64,000 nt of DNA from Neodothiora populina (Eukaryota). Shown piece after piece: positions 10,741 to 23,635 of this stretch. The position numbers and the translations under genes were made by a program. The notes under the pieces were generated by a model. The model worked only from the letters and a program-made list of their open reading frames with translations, was not told the origin of the DNA and made no database searches. The DNA is taken from NCBI RefSeq assembly GCF_041146345.1, contig NW_027191408.1, positions 372,001 to 436,000 of the forward strand, in the 5' to 3' direction. Position 1 is the first letter of the stretch, and the number at the start of each line of letters is the position of its first letter.

Positions 10741-12956
10741 ATGGTGTGTTTTACATCTTTGGCCGTATGTTTCTTCACGGCCTTCCTTGACATCAGCTTC
10801 CATTTCAGCACTTGCAACGGTCTGGTTCTGGTGATGATCAAGATGCTCTTAATCATGGGCATCTGCATTTATCTGATGATCTGCTTGTGCATTGCACAAC
10901 CTGCTTCTGCACAACCTGCTTCTGGACGAGTTCAACCATGGAGCATTCAAGAGTCTTTACAAGGTGCCTTTGATTGTGGTAAGCTAAGACTTCAACACAA
11001 TTCAGTATGTCGACACGTCGCCTCTATGCTTACAGAGCTCATCTAATTGCATATCAGATTTCGTCCGCAGTCTGCTGCGCGAACTTGAAAGCAGTTTGCG
11101 GTCAGTATGGTCCTTGCCTTACGACTTGTATTTCCTCCTGCAATTATGCATAAACCTTGACACGGCGCAGTTATTTTACGCGTCAGACAAATCGGTCGCC
11201 GATACTCCGAATGCAATTGGAACTATGATGCAAAGTCTGTATGAACATGATGCAGCGCTCGATGAATGCAACCTAGTGCTGCGAAAATCACTTGCGGATA
11301 TTGCCACTACAAACGAGCCAAAGCAATTATTCGACCTAATACACTGGTATGCTTGGGATTTGGCCAGTACCACGATCGTATGTAACCTGCGAACCGCCTT
11401 CCCTTTAGTCAAAAGCTAACCGTCTAACAGCTTGAAACGTCGATGGATGATACAGACAAGAAGGTGGCCCTGAGTTGTTCGGGCACCTACAAGCGGTTCC
11501 TTTTGGCCCAAAGGAAGTTTCTGAAGCTATACCCTTGGCTCACTAAACTTGGGATTCATCTCTCCTCGAGGCTTCGTGCGCGATTTGATGACGGAACAAT
11601 GCTTGACCATGTCATCGAAGACAAGTTCGGCTCAAGCCTCGACAACAATGCCAGGTACTCCTGGATCAATTGCCATCATCAGGACAAACACGACGACACC
11701 GAAGATTGCCATAGATGTTATCAGGCGATTTCTACCGAACGCATTCACAAAATAGTGAACTTCCTATTGGTCGCCGCTGTGGCTGACATTCTGGCGAGAG
11801 ATATATATGCGACCTTGTTACATATCAGCCGCGGTCCTGAAGTTACGGCCGTTATACGTGGAGAGATAGACCAGCTCTTTCTCTTACTTGGTGGGCCTCC
11901 TAGACTCGAAGAGATTGTTAAGGAAAGGCGTGGACTTCCCTGCCTTCACGCACTCTTCGAGGAGAGACACCAAACATACAATTTTGAGCCGCTCTTGTAT
12001 GCCGAACGATTCCTCAAGATTGGTACCGGTTTGCTTGACGGACGGGATATTGAGCAAGTCGACGTGGGAATACAGAGTATACGCAGATATTATGTTCTTG
12101 TAGGGAAGATCATCCTTCGGCTACTGGGAAACTTCAGCTTTACATCCACGTCCAATCCGTGTACGAACGATGGAAGTTCTTTCGGTACAGAAGCGTGCTT
12201 CAACGTGCTGCCGTCACAACGGTGAGGAAGTATTATGCACCAATGCGTCTCCCATTAACAGAGGCGTATCATATCGCAGCTATAAGTTACCACTTCGATG
12301 CTCGCATTACTAATGTCATATATGGCGCCCGCAGTTGCAACAGAGAGTTCGCGCTTTATCAATACGCAACCATCGATGGCTCCAAGACCGAGCCCATCTC
12401 GGATATCACAGAGAGGCGCAATGTCCACACCGCCATCCGTAAGTTGACCAATGGTATGCTGGACAGTACCACAAACGATAAGGACGACCGTATCACAATC
12501 CACACTAGTCGACAATATCACAGGCATGTGCATGACCCAAGACGTGGAAAACACCAAACAAGTCGAAGTCGTCGCAGCGTTCGTGCTGCTGGTGCTCAGA
12601 CGGGTCCTGATCCCAGAACATCCAGCTGGAACACATTCGGCGCTATAGTTGCAGATAAGGATCGCATTGCAGACGACGCAGCTAAGCACCGCCTAGAGGC
12701 CGAGGCGCTTGTGAGGAAGACGGACAACGCTGAACCCATCAATACCTATCGAAAGACTGCACTTGTCAATGGCGTGCGCACTATAGTTGGTGTCACGAGT
12801 GCCAGTAGCAACACCGAAGAGAATGCTATTGACCCAGCATACAGCAAAAGCTTACAGCGCAGTCAAGGCCCTGAGGTACCAACAGGCTTCGTTCCGCCTC
12901 ATCTGCGGACTGTTGTGGTCAAACGAGGCAGTGATGAAAAGGTCGACACTTCTTAG
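10741..12956 (+). CDS. Highly divergent cytochrome P450-like protein lacking the heme-binding motif, possibly joined to a hydrophilic C-terminal extension. Introns 10979-11057 and 11378-11430; third junction near 12161/12185-12261/12279 is uncertain
   Basis: Hydrophobic N-terminus. Segments DFVRS, ALDEC..LIHWYAWD, LLVAAVADILARDIYATLLHISRGPEVTAVIRGEID, LPCLHALFEE and AERFL fall in P450 order. Two canonical introns join the ORFs in frame. Confidence 0.5.
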
Positions 12957-13564
12957 AGGGAAAGGATCGATAACGGTCATGATCCGACATGTATTTGATC
13001 TCAAGTTGTTGCGCTTGGCCTCGACCTTTTGATCGTCCACGGAGGTGTGAGCTATATGCTTGACGTCTGAGCAAGTATTCAGCCAAATCGACGTGATCAT
13101 TGGAATGTTTGTGGGCCGCGGTGACTTCCAGATTCAGTGGCCGGACTGATTGCTTGTCGATCACGCTGGAAGTAGTGCAGAACTACCTTATCTTGTGCAG
13201 CCTTGTTGAAAGGCTAGCGTTGAATCTCCAATAATCGCAAAAGGAATGACAGAAATGATCCCATGAGATCGAGTGCAAGACGCGTACTGATTGCGAGTGA
13301 ATATGTATACAAACGACTCTTTGAAAATAATGAACCCATGCCAGAACTCCATTGTCCTGTTCTCAGACGCCGTACGACTCGTTATATCATTACCATCAAG
13401 TCATTATCCCAGAATGAGGGTTCCTGTTAGCTGTACTTTCCCTTTCCCCTGTCCCGTCAACAATTTGATTGAGCCGCCCTCATCACTTGGTTTGCAAAAA
13501 TGAGAACGCGAAATCTGTCCATTCCGTTCTTGAACACACCAAGGGCGATATACCCTATGGCATC

Positions 13565-14018
13565 CTAGACCACATCGAGGACATAGAGCCCGAACGTCGG
13601 AACGGGTCGTGTGGAGTTGGTAGCGGGGAATAGTGTCGAAGATGGCGACGGAGACGAGTACGACGCAGTAGAAAAGGGCGAGCCAATCTGCTCGCCGACA
13701 CTATTGACTGTGCCCGAAGAAGGCAGCAGCTGTTTGCTAATGGTATCAGCAGACGAAGACAGCGCCAAGAAGCCCTACAAAAGGAAGAAACACATTAGTA
13801 TCCGACATGGAAATGACATGCAAGGGAATTTCATATGGGACCATATTTACCCCTTGGACGGTGTTGACGGTCGCCGAAGCAGCGTCTTGAGCCAGCTTCA
13901 GAGGCTCCATTGTGGATGTTGAGGAACTGAAATTGACCAGCGTACGTGCATGAATTGAGGCTGGTCGGAGGATTGACGAAGATGTATACACCACTGTTCT
14001 AGGCATTGTGCGAAGCAT
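13565..14018 (-). CDS. Small Ser/Thr-rich hypothetical protein with a possible mitochondrial presequence. Intron 13850-13775
   Basis: MLRTMPRT...TVQG|GFLALSSSADT...VLDVV*. The intron GTAAAT..CTAAT..TAG joins two ORFs in frame. No homology recognised. Confidence 0.45.
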
Positions 14019-14925
14019 GATTGATTGGTCTGATGTGAAAAGTTTGGAGAGTAGAAAAAGGTGCAAGCTGAGATTTTTGTATTCTTTCCGTGAGAAAGTC
14101 AGCGGAACACAATGCCTCCGGACCAAGACAGAGGGTATCAAGTCAAGAGAGGACGCATGAGGTGTGCAAGCACAGAAGCTAGGATACGGTGCTCATATGG
14201 GAACTCAATGACCCCTCCTGATACTTATTGCATGTTACAGATACGGTACCTTCACCGATAAAGAAATTCGCCTCCCATGAAAAGTGGCCAGATGACATCA
14301 CACGATCTGGGGTGATGGAGTAGAGCCATTGAGTTTCCCCACAAATCGTGCAGACCTTTCGAGGGTCTTCTCTGTTCCGGCCTACCTAACTGTTTATTCT
14401 TGTAATTAGACCAAAGCTGCGTCCGACACTGTTGTCTTGTGCATGTCTTCGAGCCGAGATCATAGTGCATATGATTGTACGCGCCTTGTAATCAAAGCAC
14501 GCGGTCCATTAATTTCGAAGTATCGGTTGCAGCATTAATACACGGTAGGTCAGGCGTGCTGTTGACATCAGATTTGGCGATAAAGCGGGCTTTACCGCGC
14601 TCTCCAAACGAGTCGACTGTGGAGAATGGCTAAAAACAAGCACAGAAGTGTATCGTTGGTTAGGGGCGATCACCTCTGCTGTCGATCAAAGTGGTATCTC
14701 CATCATCTTTAGTATCGCTCCGTATAGGCGGCCGGCCGGGAACAGTTGACACTTGTGCATCTGTTTGTAGGGCGCGAGTGCCCTATCAGTACCATGGACA
14801 AATAGGTTTGAGCTTCCCGAAAAGGCAGCTCTCCCTATCTGCCAAGCTCTCTTACCGCGTCCTTGTTCCAACCTCGCCTCTACAAATACTGGCGATGAAG
14901 TAATCTGTTTTAGAACTCATTCAAG

Positions 14926-16547
14926 ATGCAGTGTCTAACCTACCGATCTTTGCGAGCTGCCGGACGGCTTCACGCAGCTTCCTCACGATGCTCAGTCTTG
15001 TTGACTCGGCAATCGCGGGGGTTTCGGAGTACTCCAACCCGCAGAGTGTCGACCGCTGATATGAGTGCCGACGATATTGCTGAGTTAAGAGTCAAGCAAG
15101 ACCGTTTGATGCAAGATATTCACCATACCTGCCAATGGGGCAAAGGACAGGCTTGGGGAAGGTATGTCGACAACCTGCTCAAAACTACCTTCACTACACT
15201 TTGATGGACCATGTACTTGAAGTCCTAACCTTTCCTATGTTATACAGTGACCCAACAGAGACTGGTATGTCTCGTTTGTCACTCTCGGATTCTGACAAGA
15301 AAGCACGAGATTGGTTTGACGCCACAACCAAGGCATTAGGCTGCACGGTCACAGTCGACAAAATGGGCAACCAATTTGCAGTGCGACCTGGACTGAAGGA
15401 TGGTCCGCCGACTTGTGCCGGATCTCATCTGGACACGCAACCAACGGTACATCCAGAACCTCTTGCTCAGCAGTATGTTTTTATTGACAAAGAACAGGGC
15501 GGCCGCTATGATGGCATCCTCGGTGTAACAGCTGCGGTAGAGATGCTGCGTGTGCTACACGAACACGACGTGCAGACGACATATCCAATTGGCGTAATCA
15601 ACTGGACCAATGAAGAAGGCGCGAGGTTTCCCATATCCATGGTTGCTTCTGGTGTCTGGGCGGGTGAGATACCACTATCTCACGCACACTCTCTCCAGGA
15701 AGTGGGTGGTGGGACCGCAACCATGAAATCGGAGCTTGAAAGAATTGGCTATCTTGGTGAGGTAGGTTGTAGTGCTGAGAGTATGCCTATTGCTGCGCAC
15801 TTCGAACTGCACATCGAGCAAGGTCCAATTCTGGAGGCCGAAGAGAGAAAAATTGGCATCGTGGGAGGCGTGCAAGCCTACAAATGGTTTACGGTGACGG
15901 TCAAAGGGCGTGACTGCCACACCGGCACCACTTCCTTCGCCCATCGCGCAGATGCACTCTTGGCTGCGAGCAAGATGATCCTTTACTCGCACCGAGCCGC
16001 GACCGCAAATGGTGCTCTTGCGAGCACCGGCATCTTGACCTTGAGCCCTGGCTCAACCAATACCGTTCCTGGTACGGTAAGCTTCAGCCTCGACATACGC
16101 GCACCACAGGACGAGACCGTCGAGATTGTCGAAGCAGCGTGCAAACAAGCTTTCGCGAAAATCGCGGCAGGGGAGAATGTTGATGGTCTGAACGACGGAT
16201 GCGCTCCGTCCGATCGCCACTGTAGCGCGGAGTGGCGAACGGACAGCATCAGCCCTGCTGTCAGGTTCCATGATGACTGCATCAAATGTGTAACAGATGC
16301 GGCGAGTGGCCTCTTTGGCAAAGACAAGGTCGGTTCACTTACAAAAAGCATGACCTCTGGAGCTGGACATGACTCGGTCTATACAAGCAAGAAGGTTCCG
16401 ACCAGTATGGTGTTTATTCCATGTAGAGATGGTGTTTCCCACAATCCTGAGGAATTCTCCACACCACAAGATTGCACTATTGGTGCGCAAGTACTAACAG
16501 GAGCTGTTTTGAACTACGATCGATTACGGGCACAGAGGGGAGCATAG
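14926..16547 (+). CDS. M20-family N-carbamoyl-L-amino-acid amidohydrolase (beta-alanine synthase/PYD3-like, allantoate amidohydrolase family). Introns 15162-15247 and 15447-15497
   Basis: Motifs GSHLDTQPT|GGRYDGILG, NWTNEEGARF, HFELHIEQGP, SGAGHD and GVSHNPEE; Arg/Ser-rich N-terminal extension. Confidence 0.92.
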
Positions 16548-17303
16548 TATGTTCCTTACGGCCACACCGTCTCCCTGGTTGCCTACGCTGCCTCACGTCA
16601 CTGAGCGCCGACTTCGCCGATGCGATCGCTCAACTGATACGGCGTTGTACCCGTCTCATACTTATCTGCACTGACAAGCGGGCAAGGCGCACACAGTACT
16701 TGCACATTTGTTCGACGCTAGCTTCGTATTGCAATAAAAGTCGAAGCAGCAAAGATACATACTCTGCGCGCTCTGCTTGCACCGGTTTAGGCTTCGTCGG
16801 ACGGCCATCATACTACGACGGACTCGGTATACACTTCCGGCGACGCAACTCTTTTGTTTGTATGTTTATTGAGTCGAGTATAAAACCGGAATGACCGCTT
16901 CTAGCCGATGATATTTCGGCTATCGGCGCTTCTCGACGTCAGCCTTGGCGAGCTTCTATCACTCCACATGCACCACGACTAGATATTTTCAGAATTGGCC
17001 GAACCGTGCATCGAAGATCCACCGAAAGTCAGGACCGTCGCACGTTACTCATGAAAGATAGATTTTATGTCAGAGAAACACCAAACCGTGCGCGGCAAGG
17101 GTGTTTCTTTGACTAAAAGTATCTGTATACTGCGGAGTAGTAATGCGGAGAACAAGATAAGCCAGATCGGGTACATATTAGTAGGTTCGAAGGCCTACCT
17201 CTTTTTCGTTGTAGGTTCTGAGTTATCAACTTTTGCGGTTTTCTCTGTATTCTCGTCTTTGCATTGTCCTCTTCGTCCAGCGCTTGTCACTCCAGCATAC
17301 ATC

Positions 17304-19102
17304 ATGGAAGGCGTGAAAGATTACGACGTCAAGGAGTTTCCTGAAGCGACTGTCTCGCTTAGCAAAGATATTGGCGATGTCGAGAATGCTGGTCCTCGAG
17401 AAACCACCAAGCGTGGGCTGAAGAGTAGACAAGTTCAATTCCTGGCCTTGGGTGGTGCCATTGGAACTGGATTGTTCATTGGAACCGGTAGTACTCTTTC
17501 TGTGGTCGGACCTGGTATGGCAGAATGATGAGCTTTCACTACAATCTTGTGTCTGACAATGACTAGCGCCATTACTTATGGGCTATATCTTCATGTCATT
17601 TGTAAGAATACGCAACAGGTACTCAGAAGTTGCTAAGCTAATTTGTCTAGGTCGTCTATGGAATTATGAACGTTTTGGCAGAGATGACCACATACATTCC
17701 TCTGGAAGGTCTATCAGTCCCGTACTTTATCAACCGATTTGTAGATCCTTCTCTGGCCTTCGCAACTGGCTGGAACTACTGGTACACGCTTGCAATGCTT
17801 CTTGCTACCGAAGTGACAGCGGCCTCTATAATCATTCAATACTGGACCACGACTGTGAACGTGGCTGTGTGGATCACGATTGTGCTCATAGGTTAGTGCA
17901 TTCCAATGTTGCAGACCATTAGTTCTCCTGCTAACCCTCGAGCAGTCATTCTGCTCTTGAACATCATCGCAGTATCGGTATTTGGAGAAGCGGAGTTCTG
18001 GTTTGCATCTATCAAGATTCTCGCGATTTTGGGCTTGATCATCCTCGGTGTCGTACTGTTCTTCGGAGGCGGACCGAATCACGACCGTTTGGGATTCCGT
18101 TACTGGCAACACCCTGGCGCGTTCAACCCATTCATTGTGGAGGGCAATGCCGGGCGATTCCTTGCCTTCTGGTACTCCTTCATCAAGTCTGGATTTGCAT
18201 TTATCATGTCCCCTGAACTTATCACCACCGCTGCCGGTGAAGCCGAGAACCCTAGACGTAACATCCCCAAGGCCGCAGACCGCTTCATCTACCGACTTTT
18301 CGCATTTTACGTTCTCGGCACGCTTGTCATCGGTGTCACCGTGGCGTACAACGACCCTGCACTGATGTCCGCTGTGGCCAACGGTACCGGAGCTGGTGCC
18401 AGTCCTTTTGTCGTTGCGATTCAAAACGCAGGCATCGGTGGTCTTAACCACGTAATCAACGCAGCGATTTTGACTTCGGCTTGGTCATCTGGTAACTCAT
18501 GGCTATTCGCCGGTTCGCGTATGCTTTACTCGCTCGCCTGCACAGATCAGGCACCCAAGGTGTTCCGTCGCTGCAACAAGAAGGGCGTTCCGTACGTTGC
18601 CGTTCTCTTCACCTGGGCCATTGGACTGCTCGCGTACCTCAACGTGTCAAATTCCGGCGCTAGCGTGTTCAACTGGTTTACCAACATCACGACCATCTCG
18701 GGCTTCATCGCCTGGATCGTCGTGCTCATCACCTATCTGCGCTTCCGCAAGGCCCTGATCTTCAACAACATGCTCGACGCCCTGCCCTACAAGACCCCGC
18801 TACAGCCCTACACGGCGTGGTTCTCGCTGATTGTCATGATCATCCTGACGCTGACCAACGGCTTCTACGTCTTCGTGCCTTCGCGCTGGAACGTGTCTGA
18901 CTTTCTAGTCGCGTACATCACGCTGCCGATTTTCCTGGTCCTGTACCTGGGCCACAAGGCGTGGTTCAAGACGCCCTGGGCGATCGGCGTGCAGGACATT
19001 GACGTTTGGACAGGTAAGGAGGCCGCCGACGCCGCTGAGCGCGACTATGTCATTACTGTGCCGTCGACGTGGTATGAGAAGGTCTGGGACTGGATTGCCT
19101 AA
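17304..19102 (+). CDS. YAT-family amino-acid permease (proline permease-like). Introns 17515-17566, 17602-17650, 17892-17945
   Basis: Motifs [73 protein letters not shown] and LPYKTPLQP; many TM segments. Confidence 0.93.
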
Positions 19103-19813
19103 GTGGATATTCTCCTTGAAGAGATTTTATTGTCTTTGTTGCTGTTGCTTTGATTGTTTCTCTGCGAGGTTTTTGGGCATTTTTAACGTGTGTACGGAAA
19201 AGGGAAAATGAGAGACGTCCTCGACGGAAGTGGGAGGTTTATGATGGATGATAAGGGTTTTTTATGATGATGGAAAGCAAAGTCATGTCTTGCGCTGAAC
19301 GTAAGAGGACTTTTTATTCGAGGACATGAATAGATAAAAGTGGTATTGTTGAGGACGAATACTTGTCCTTGAGAATTTGATGTCGAACTTACCTTACCTT
19401 ACCTTGTCCGAGTTATAGGTAGATAATGATGCCTAGCCTTGGCATACAGACAATGCCTTGCATACATGCCTTTCCAAATAGATCGCCGCGTAAATGTCTT
19501 GTCAGACGTATGCAATACTTCAAGCCGCCCATGCTGAGTCGAACTTCGCATTGAATCCAAGGGTCATCAAGTCGCGTGGTGCTCTTCGGGAACGCATGAT
19601 GGGATTCAGTCGTCACTAGAGATGAAAGTAGGCACAAAGTGAATGGTTTCCGCAAGGGATCTGGGTTTTTCATATTTTGGTTTCGATGACTCAAGTAAAC
19701 GATTTCCCAATAACCGCAACATAAAAGTCCGTCATCGAATTTTTTGGGGGGTTAGTAGTAGTTGGACCTCCGAGGGCGTCATTACTGAAGGTAACAGCAA
19801 AGTCGACAAGGAT

Positions 19814-20431
19814 CTAAGAAGGAGGAGCGGCACCACGGCCACGGCCGAATCCACCACGGAACTGAGGAGCGAACTCGCCGGGAGCACCACCCTCCTTGCC
19901 TTCGCCCTGGTCACGGCGGCGGTACTCGCCACGGCCACCCTCGCGGCGGGGACCACGGCGGTCACCACCGCGCTCCTCACCACCGAGCATGCCACGTGGG
20001 GGAGCGTGGCTGCGCTGCTGCTTGATGTGGGTTTGGGGAACGATCTCGGCGGGCAGGTGGAGCCACTCGCGAAGGTAGTCGAGACCCTCGGCGGTGAGGG
20101 TGTAGTAGTACCATTGCCAGGAGAACTGGGTCTTGAGGTAACCACGGGAGGTAAGGGACTGGCAAGCCTTGATGACCTGTGGGGGGAGTTGTTCAGTTCA
20201 TGGCTTTTTGAGTAGAAAACAGGTGGAGACGAACGTAGAGGTTCTTGGTGTCAATCTCTCCGTGCTTGGGCTGGTTGAAGTCCTTCTTAGCGACGAGAAC
20301 ACCCTCGCGGAAGAGGTACTCGTGGATCGCCTTGCGGTCGGCCTTGGGAATCAACCTGGTGGGACGACGACATCAGTTCTGTTGTTCTTCATTTTTGACA
20401 TGGCTTCTTGACGAAAGGCATCTTCTCACAT
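19814..20431 (-). CDS. RPS10: 40S ribosomal protein eS10. The start codon is split AT|G by intron 20429-20356; second intron 20234-20177
   Basis: [74 protein letters not shown]. Confidence 0.96.
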
Positions 20432-20838
20432 CTTGACGATTGATTTTTTCTTTTAGTTATCAACGTGGAGTTTGGGCGATGATGATGTACCGAGCGCTGG
20501 GAGAAGAAAGGACCAACTTTTCGGGCGACGCTTGTGATGTTTGAATATCCTTCCTTCCTCGCGAATGCCCGCTTGAGTGTGTGGCTTGGCCCGGGCTTCA
20601 GCCGAGAAGTCGTTTGTACTTTGTTCTCACATGGTCTGTGCAGCCTGGGGTACAACAAGCCTTGTCCCGTCAATGACAAATGCCAAGACTACCTTACACT
20701 ACGCCTCTGTACTTGCCGTTCTTGTAGATAACCTTAAGCCTTTATACCTGCCTTAATCCTCACTTCTTCCGTCAACCAGATTCACACCATTCCAGCATTT
20801 CCTCTCATCCAGGGAAGAGCTACCACTCCAAATCCATC

Positions 20839-21828
20839 ATGGCTTCCACGAATATAATCAACGTCTTTTTCAGCACATTCCAAGGTCTCGGTCTGCCTCG
20901 CACGCTATGCATTCCCACCCCAGACACCTCCCGCATCAGCGACCTGCTGGCCGACCTCGACTCTCGCATCTCGACCACCGCATCTCTACCCTTCAGCATC
21001 ACCACCCCATCAAGGCGATCACTAGACCGCGACTCACAAGAGACCATCGCTTCTCTGCTCGACAGAAGCCGCATCGACAAACTACACAATGACGCCGCTA
21101 GCCCCATCCTCAACCTGCGTCTGTTGGTCCCCACCCTGGGAGGCAAAGGCGGTTTCGGATCACAACTACGCGCTGCCGGAGGGCGCATGAGCTCGCGCAA
21201 GAACCGCCGCAATCCCGAGCAGCAGAACGCATCGAACCGTAACCTCGACGGCCGCAGACTGCGCACCATCACCGAAGCCAAGAACCTGGCTGCTTACTTG
21301 GCTATGAAGCCCGACATGGACAAGAAGGAGCGAGAGGAGCGACGAAAGAGGTGGGAGGCTGTCGTCGAAGCCGCGGACAGGAAAGAAGAAGAGGTCAAGA
21401 GGGGTAAAGGACCTAATGTCAGGCTCGACGGACAGTGGGTTGAGCAGAAGGAGGAACTCGAGGGGAAGACTAGAGATGCCGTCCTCGCTGCTATGAAAGC
21501 TGGACTGATCGCCAACGAAGCCATCATCGCAAGTGAGCGCACTGGCAGTGAGAGTTCCGCTAGCGATCAGGACGACGGCGCAGACAGCGATGATCCCATG
21601 GACCCTGCAGCCAGTGGAGCTTCTTCGTCTGCTGCTAGCGGTGCAGATGAGAAAGCAGCCACGTCCAGCAAGCCCTCGATTCCTTCTGCTGCCCCTAGGA
21701 CTTTCTTCGGATGGGACGAAGACGACGAGGATATGAGCGACGAGGACGAGGGGGATGAAGATGAAGTCCAAGAACAACCTGCACCCTTGGTGACCGCGTA
21801 TGGAGGAAAAGGCAAGGCTCCCGCGTAG
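20839..21828 (+). CDS. SDE2: Sde2 homologue (ubiquitin-fold-activated splicing/silencing factor)
   Basis: UBL-like N-terminus ending LGG|KGGFGSQLRAAGGRMSS, then NRNLDGRRLRT; acidic C-terminus; intronless 329-aa ORF. Confidence 0.9.
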   Translation: MASTNIINVFFSTFQGLGLPRTLCIPTPDTSRISDLLADLDSRISTTASLPFSITTPSRRSLDRDSQETIASLLDRSRIDKLHNDAASPILNLRLLVPTLGGKGGFGSQLRAAGGRMSSRKNRRNPEQQNASNRNLDGRRLRTITEAKNLAAYLAMKPDMDKKEREERRKRWEAVVEAADRKEEEVKRGKGPNVRLDGQWVEQKEELEGKTRDAVLAAMKAGLIANEAIIASERTGSESSASDQDDGADSDDPMDPAASGASSSAASGADEKAATSSKPSIPSAAPRTFFGWDEDDEDMSDEDEGDEDEVQEQPAPLVTAYGGKGKAPA

Positions 21829-22430
21829 GCAAATCCTCGTTTTCTCCTTGGGTTTGTTCCAACATCATTCCTTGTTTTCGTCTTTTCTCCCTCCCGGATT
21901 TGATTTCATCTTGAACTAGCGTGAGCGTTGGTGGCGTTTTGTCTTATCTATCAATTCAGTCCTGCATCCAGGGCAACTACTTGTCTTCTTCACTTTTCCT
22001 CCCCCTTACTCGGCGGATATCTGGTTTTCAATAAATCAAAGAAGAAAAACTAAGATCAAATTCCTTAATCTGCTTAAGATTATTCTTTCGACCTTTGGCT
22101 CATTGTCGTTATCATTACTATTAAGTAGTCATCGAAAACCCAAAGCAGAGAACTATATGAGAAAGTCGTTGGCCACGTCGTTATCCCCTGTATCCTCCCA
22201 TGATGTGACTGAGGTATCGTCCATCGCGTGCTCATTCGCGCCACCTTCTCCAAAGTTATTGTTGTAGTTTGGCCGTCAAGTCATTCGACCTTGGTATTAT
22301 CATCTCCATGATAATCCAAGATACAAACGTCGAGGCCAAGGAGGTCCAAAGGCTCCTCTCCAGGAGTCAAGTAAATCAAGAAAACACGCAAAGAGCAAAA
22401 AGCAAAGAGTTCCCCCAATCACACCCCAGA

Positions 22431-23635
22431 CTACACAGCAGCCGCTACCAAAGCACAAACGACGACCGTCCATGCCACTGAGCCAACAGACTTGAAAACA
22501 CGATCAGAAGCTGCGCCGGCGACCGGGGCAGCCGTCGTGCTCGCCGCGGCTGGAGCGGACGACGAAGAAAAGGACGAAGACGATTGAGTAGAAGATGCGC
22601 TTGTGGACGACGGCGTTGTTGATTCTGTGGAGCTTGGAGAAGACTCCGTCGCAGTCGTGGAAGAAGGCGCCGAAGACGTCGAAGTCGTCAGTGTGGTCAG
22701 CGTGCTGGTTGCGGAAGCCGTGCTCTCGCTGCTGGTAGTGCTCGATGGTGGCGGAGGCGCAGTGGAACTCTCTGTCGTGCTTGCAACTTCCGACGACGAA
22801 GAAGAAGAAGAAGAAGTCGTGGAGGCAGCCAGCGAGGATGCAACCGATGCCGAGGATGCAGATGCTGCTGAGCTGACTTGGCTTGCCACGGACGAAGCCA
22901 TTGAGCTTAGCGCCGAGGATCCGCTCGAGATGGGGAACGGGATGATGATCGGGATCGAGCTGCTGCTTGTGAGGCTGCTCAGACTACTGCTGACGGGTAG
23001 TGAAGTCGCCGTCGTCAGAGTTGCCGTTGCAGTGGTTGTTGTGAGCAGCGACGAAGGAGACGACAGCGTGGCTGGGCCGACCGGTGAGGGCGCCACATTG
23101 CTAGACGGTAGTAGAGAAGACCAGAGGCTGGATACAACAGATGCTGGGTACGTCGTCTGATATGACGAGGGGAATGTTGCGAGCGCACTCGACAGGACCG
23201 TCACTGCATTTGTCGTGGGGATACTGCTCGCTGCTGGGCAATCGCTGACGGACGGGCCGCATGATGTGATGGTCGCCGTTATTGTGCTCTCCACTGTGAT
23301 TGCAGGGACAATGACAGGGATCCCTGTAGTTGAGGTGGCCTCTCCTAGATAAGAACGTCAGCACATCATATAGAGACATGTATAGAGATACCGATGTACC
23401 AGAAGTGGCTGAAGCCGTCACCGTAGACACTGAATTGGAAAGTGTGTAGCCAACTGGGATGATGATGGAGACGGACACGCCTTTGGGGGTTGTTAGGATA
23501 TGTTGACAAGATAGAAACAGAGATTAGACACCTACCATTTAGAACCGCTGGGACAGTCGTCGCACTCGAGTTGCTCTGACACCTTGAAAGGAGAGGCAAG
23601 CTCGCCAAGACGAAGCCGAGCCTAGAAGAGACCAT
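22431..23635 (-). CDS. Ser/Thr-rich GPI-anchored cell-wall glycoprotein. Introns 23535-23481 and 23399-23345
   Basis: Signal peptide MVSSRLGFVLASLPLLSRC, motif TITSCGPSVSDCP, long S/T tract, C-terminal AGAA followed by hydrophobic VAWTVVVCALVAAAV. Confidence 0.8.
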
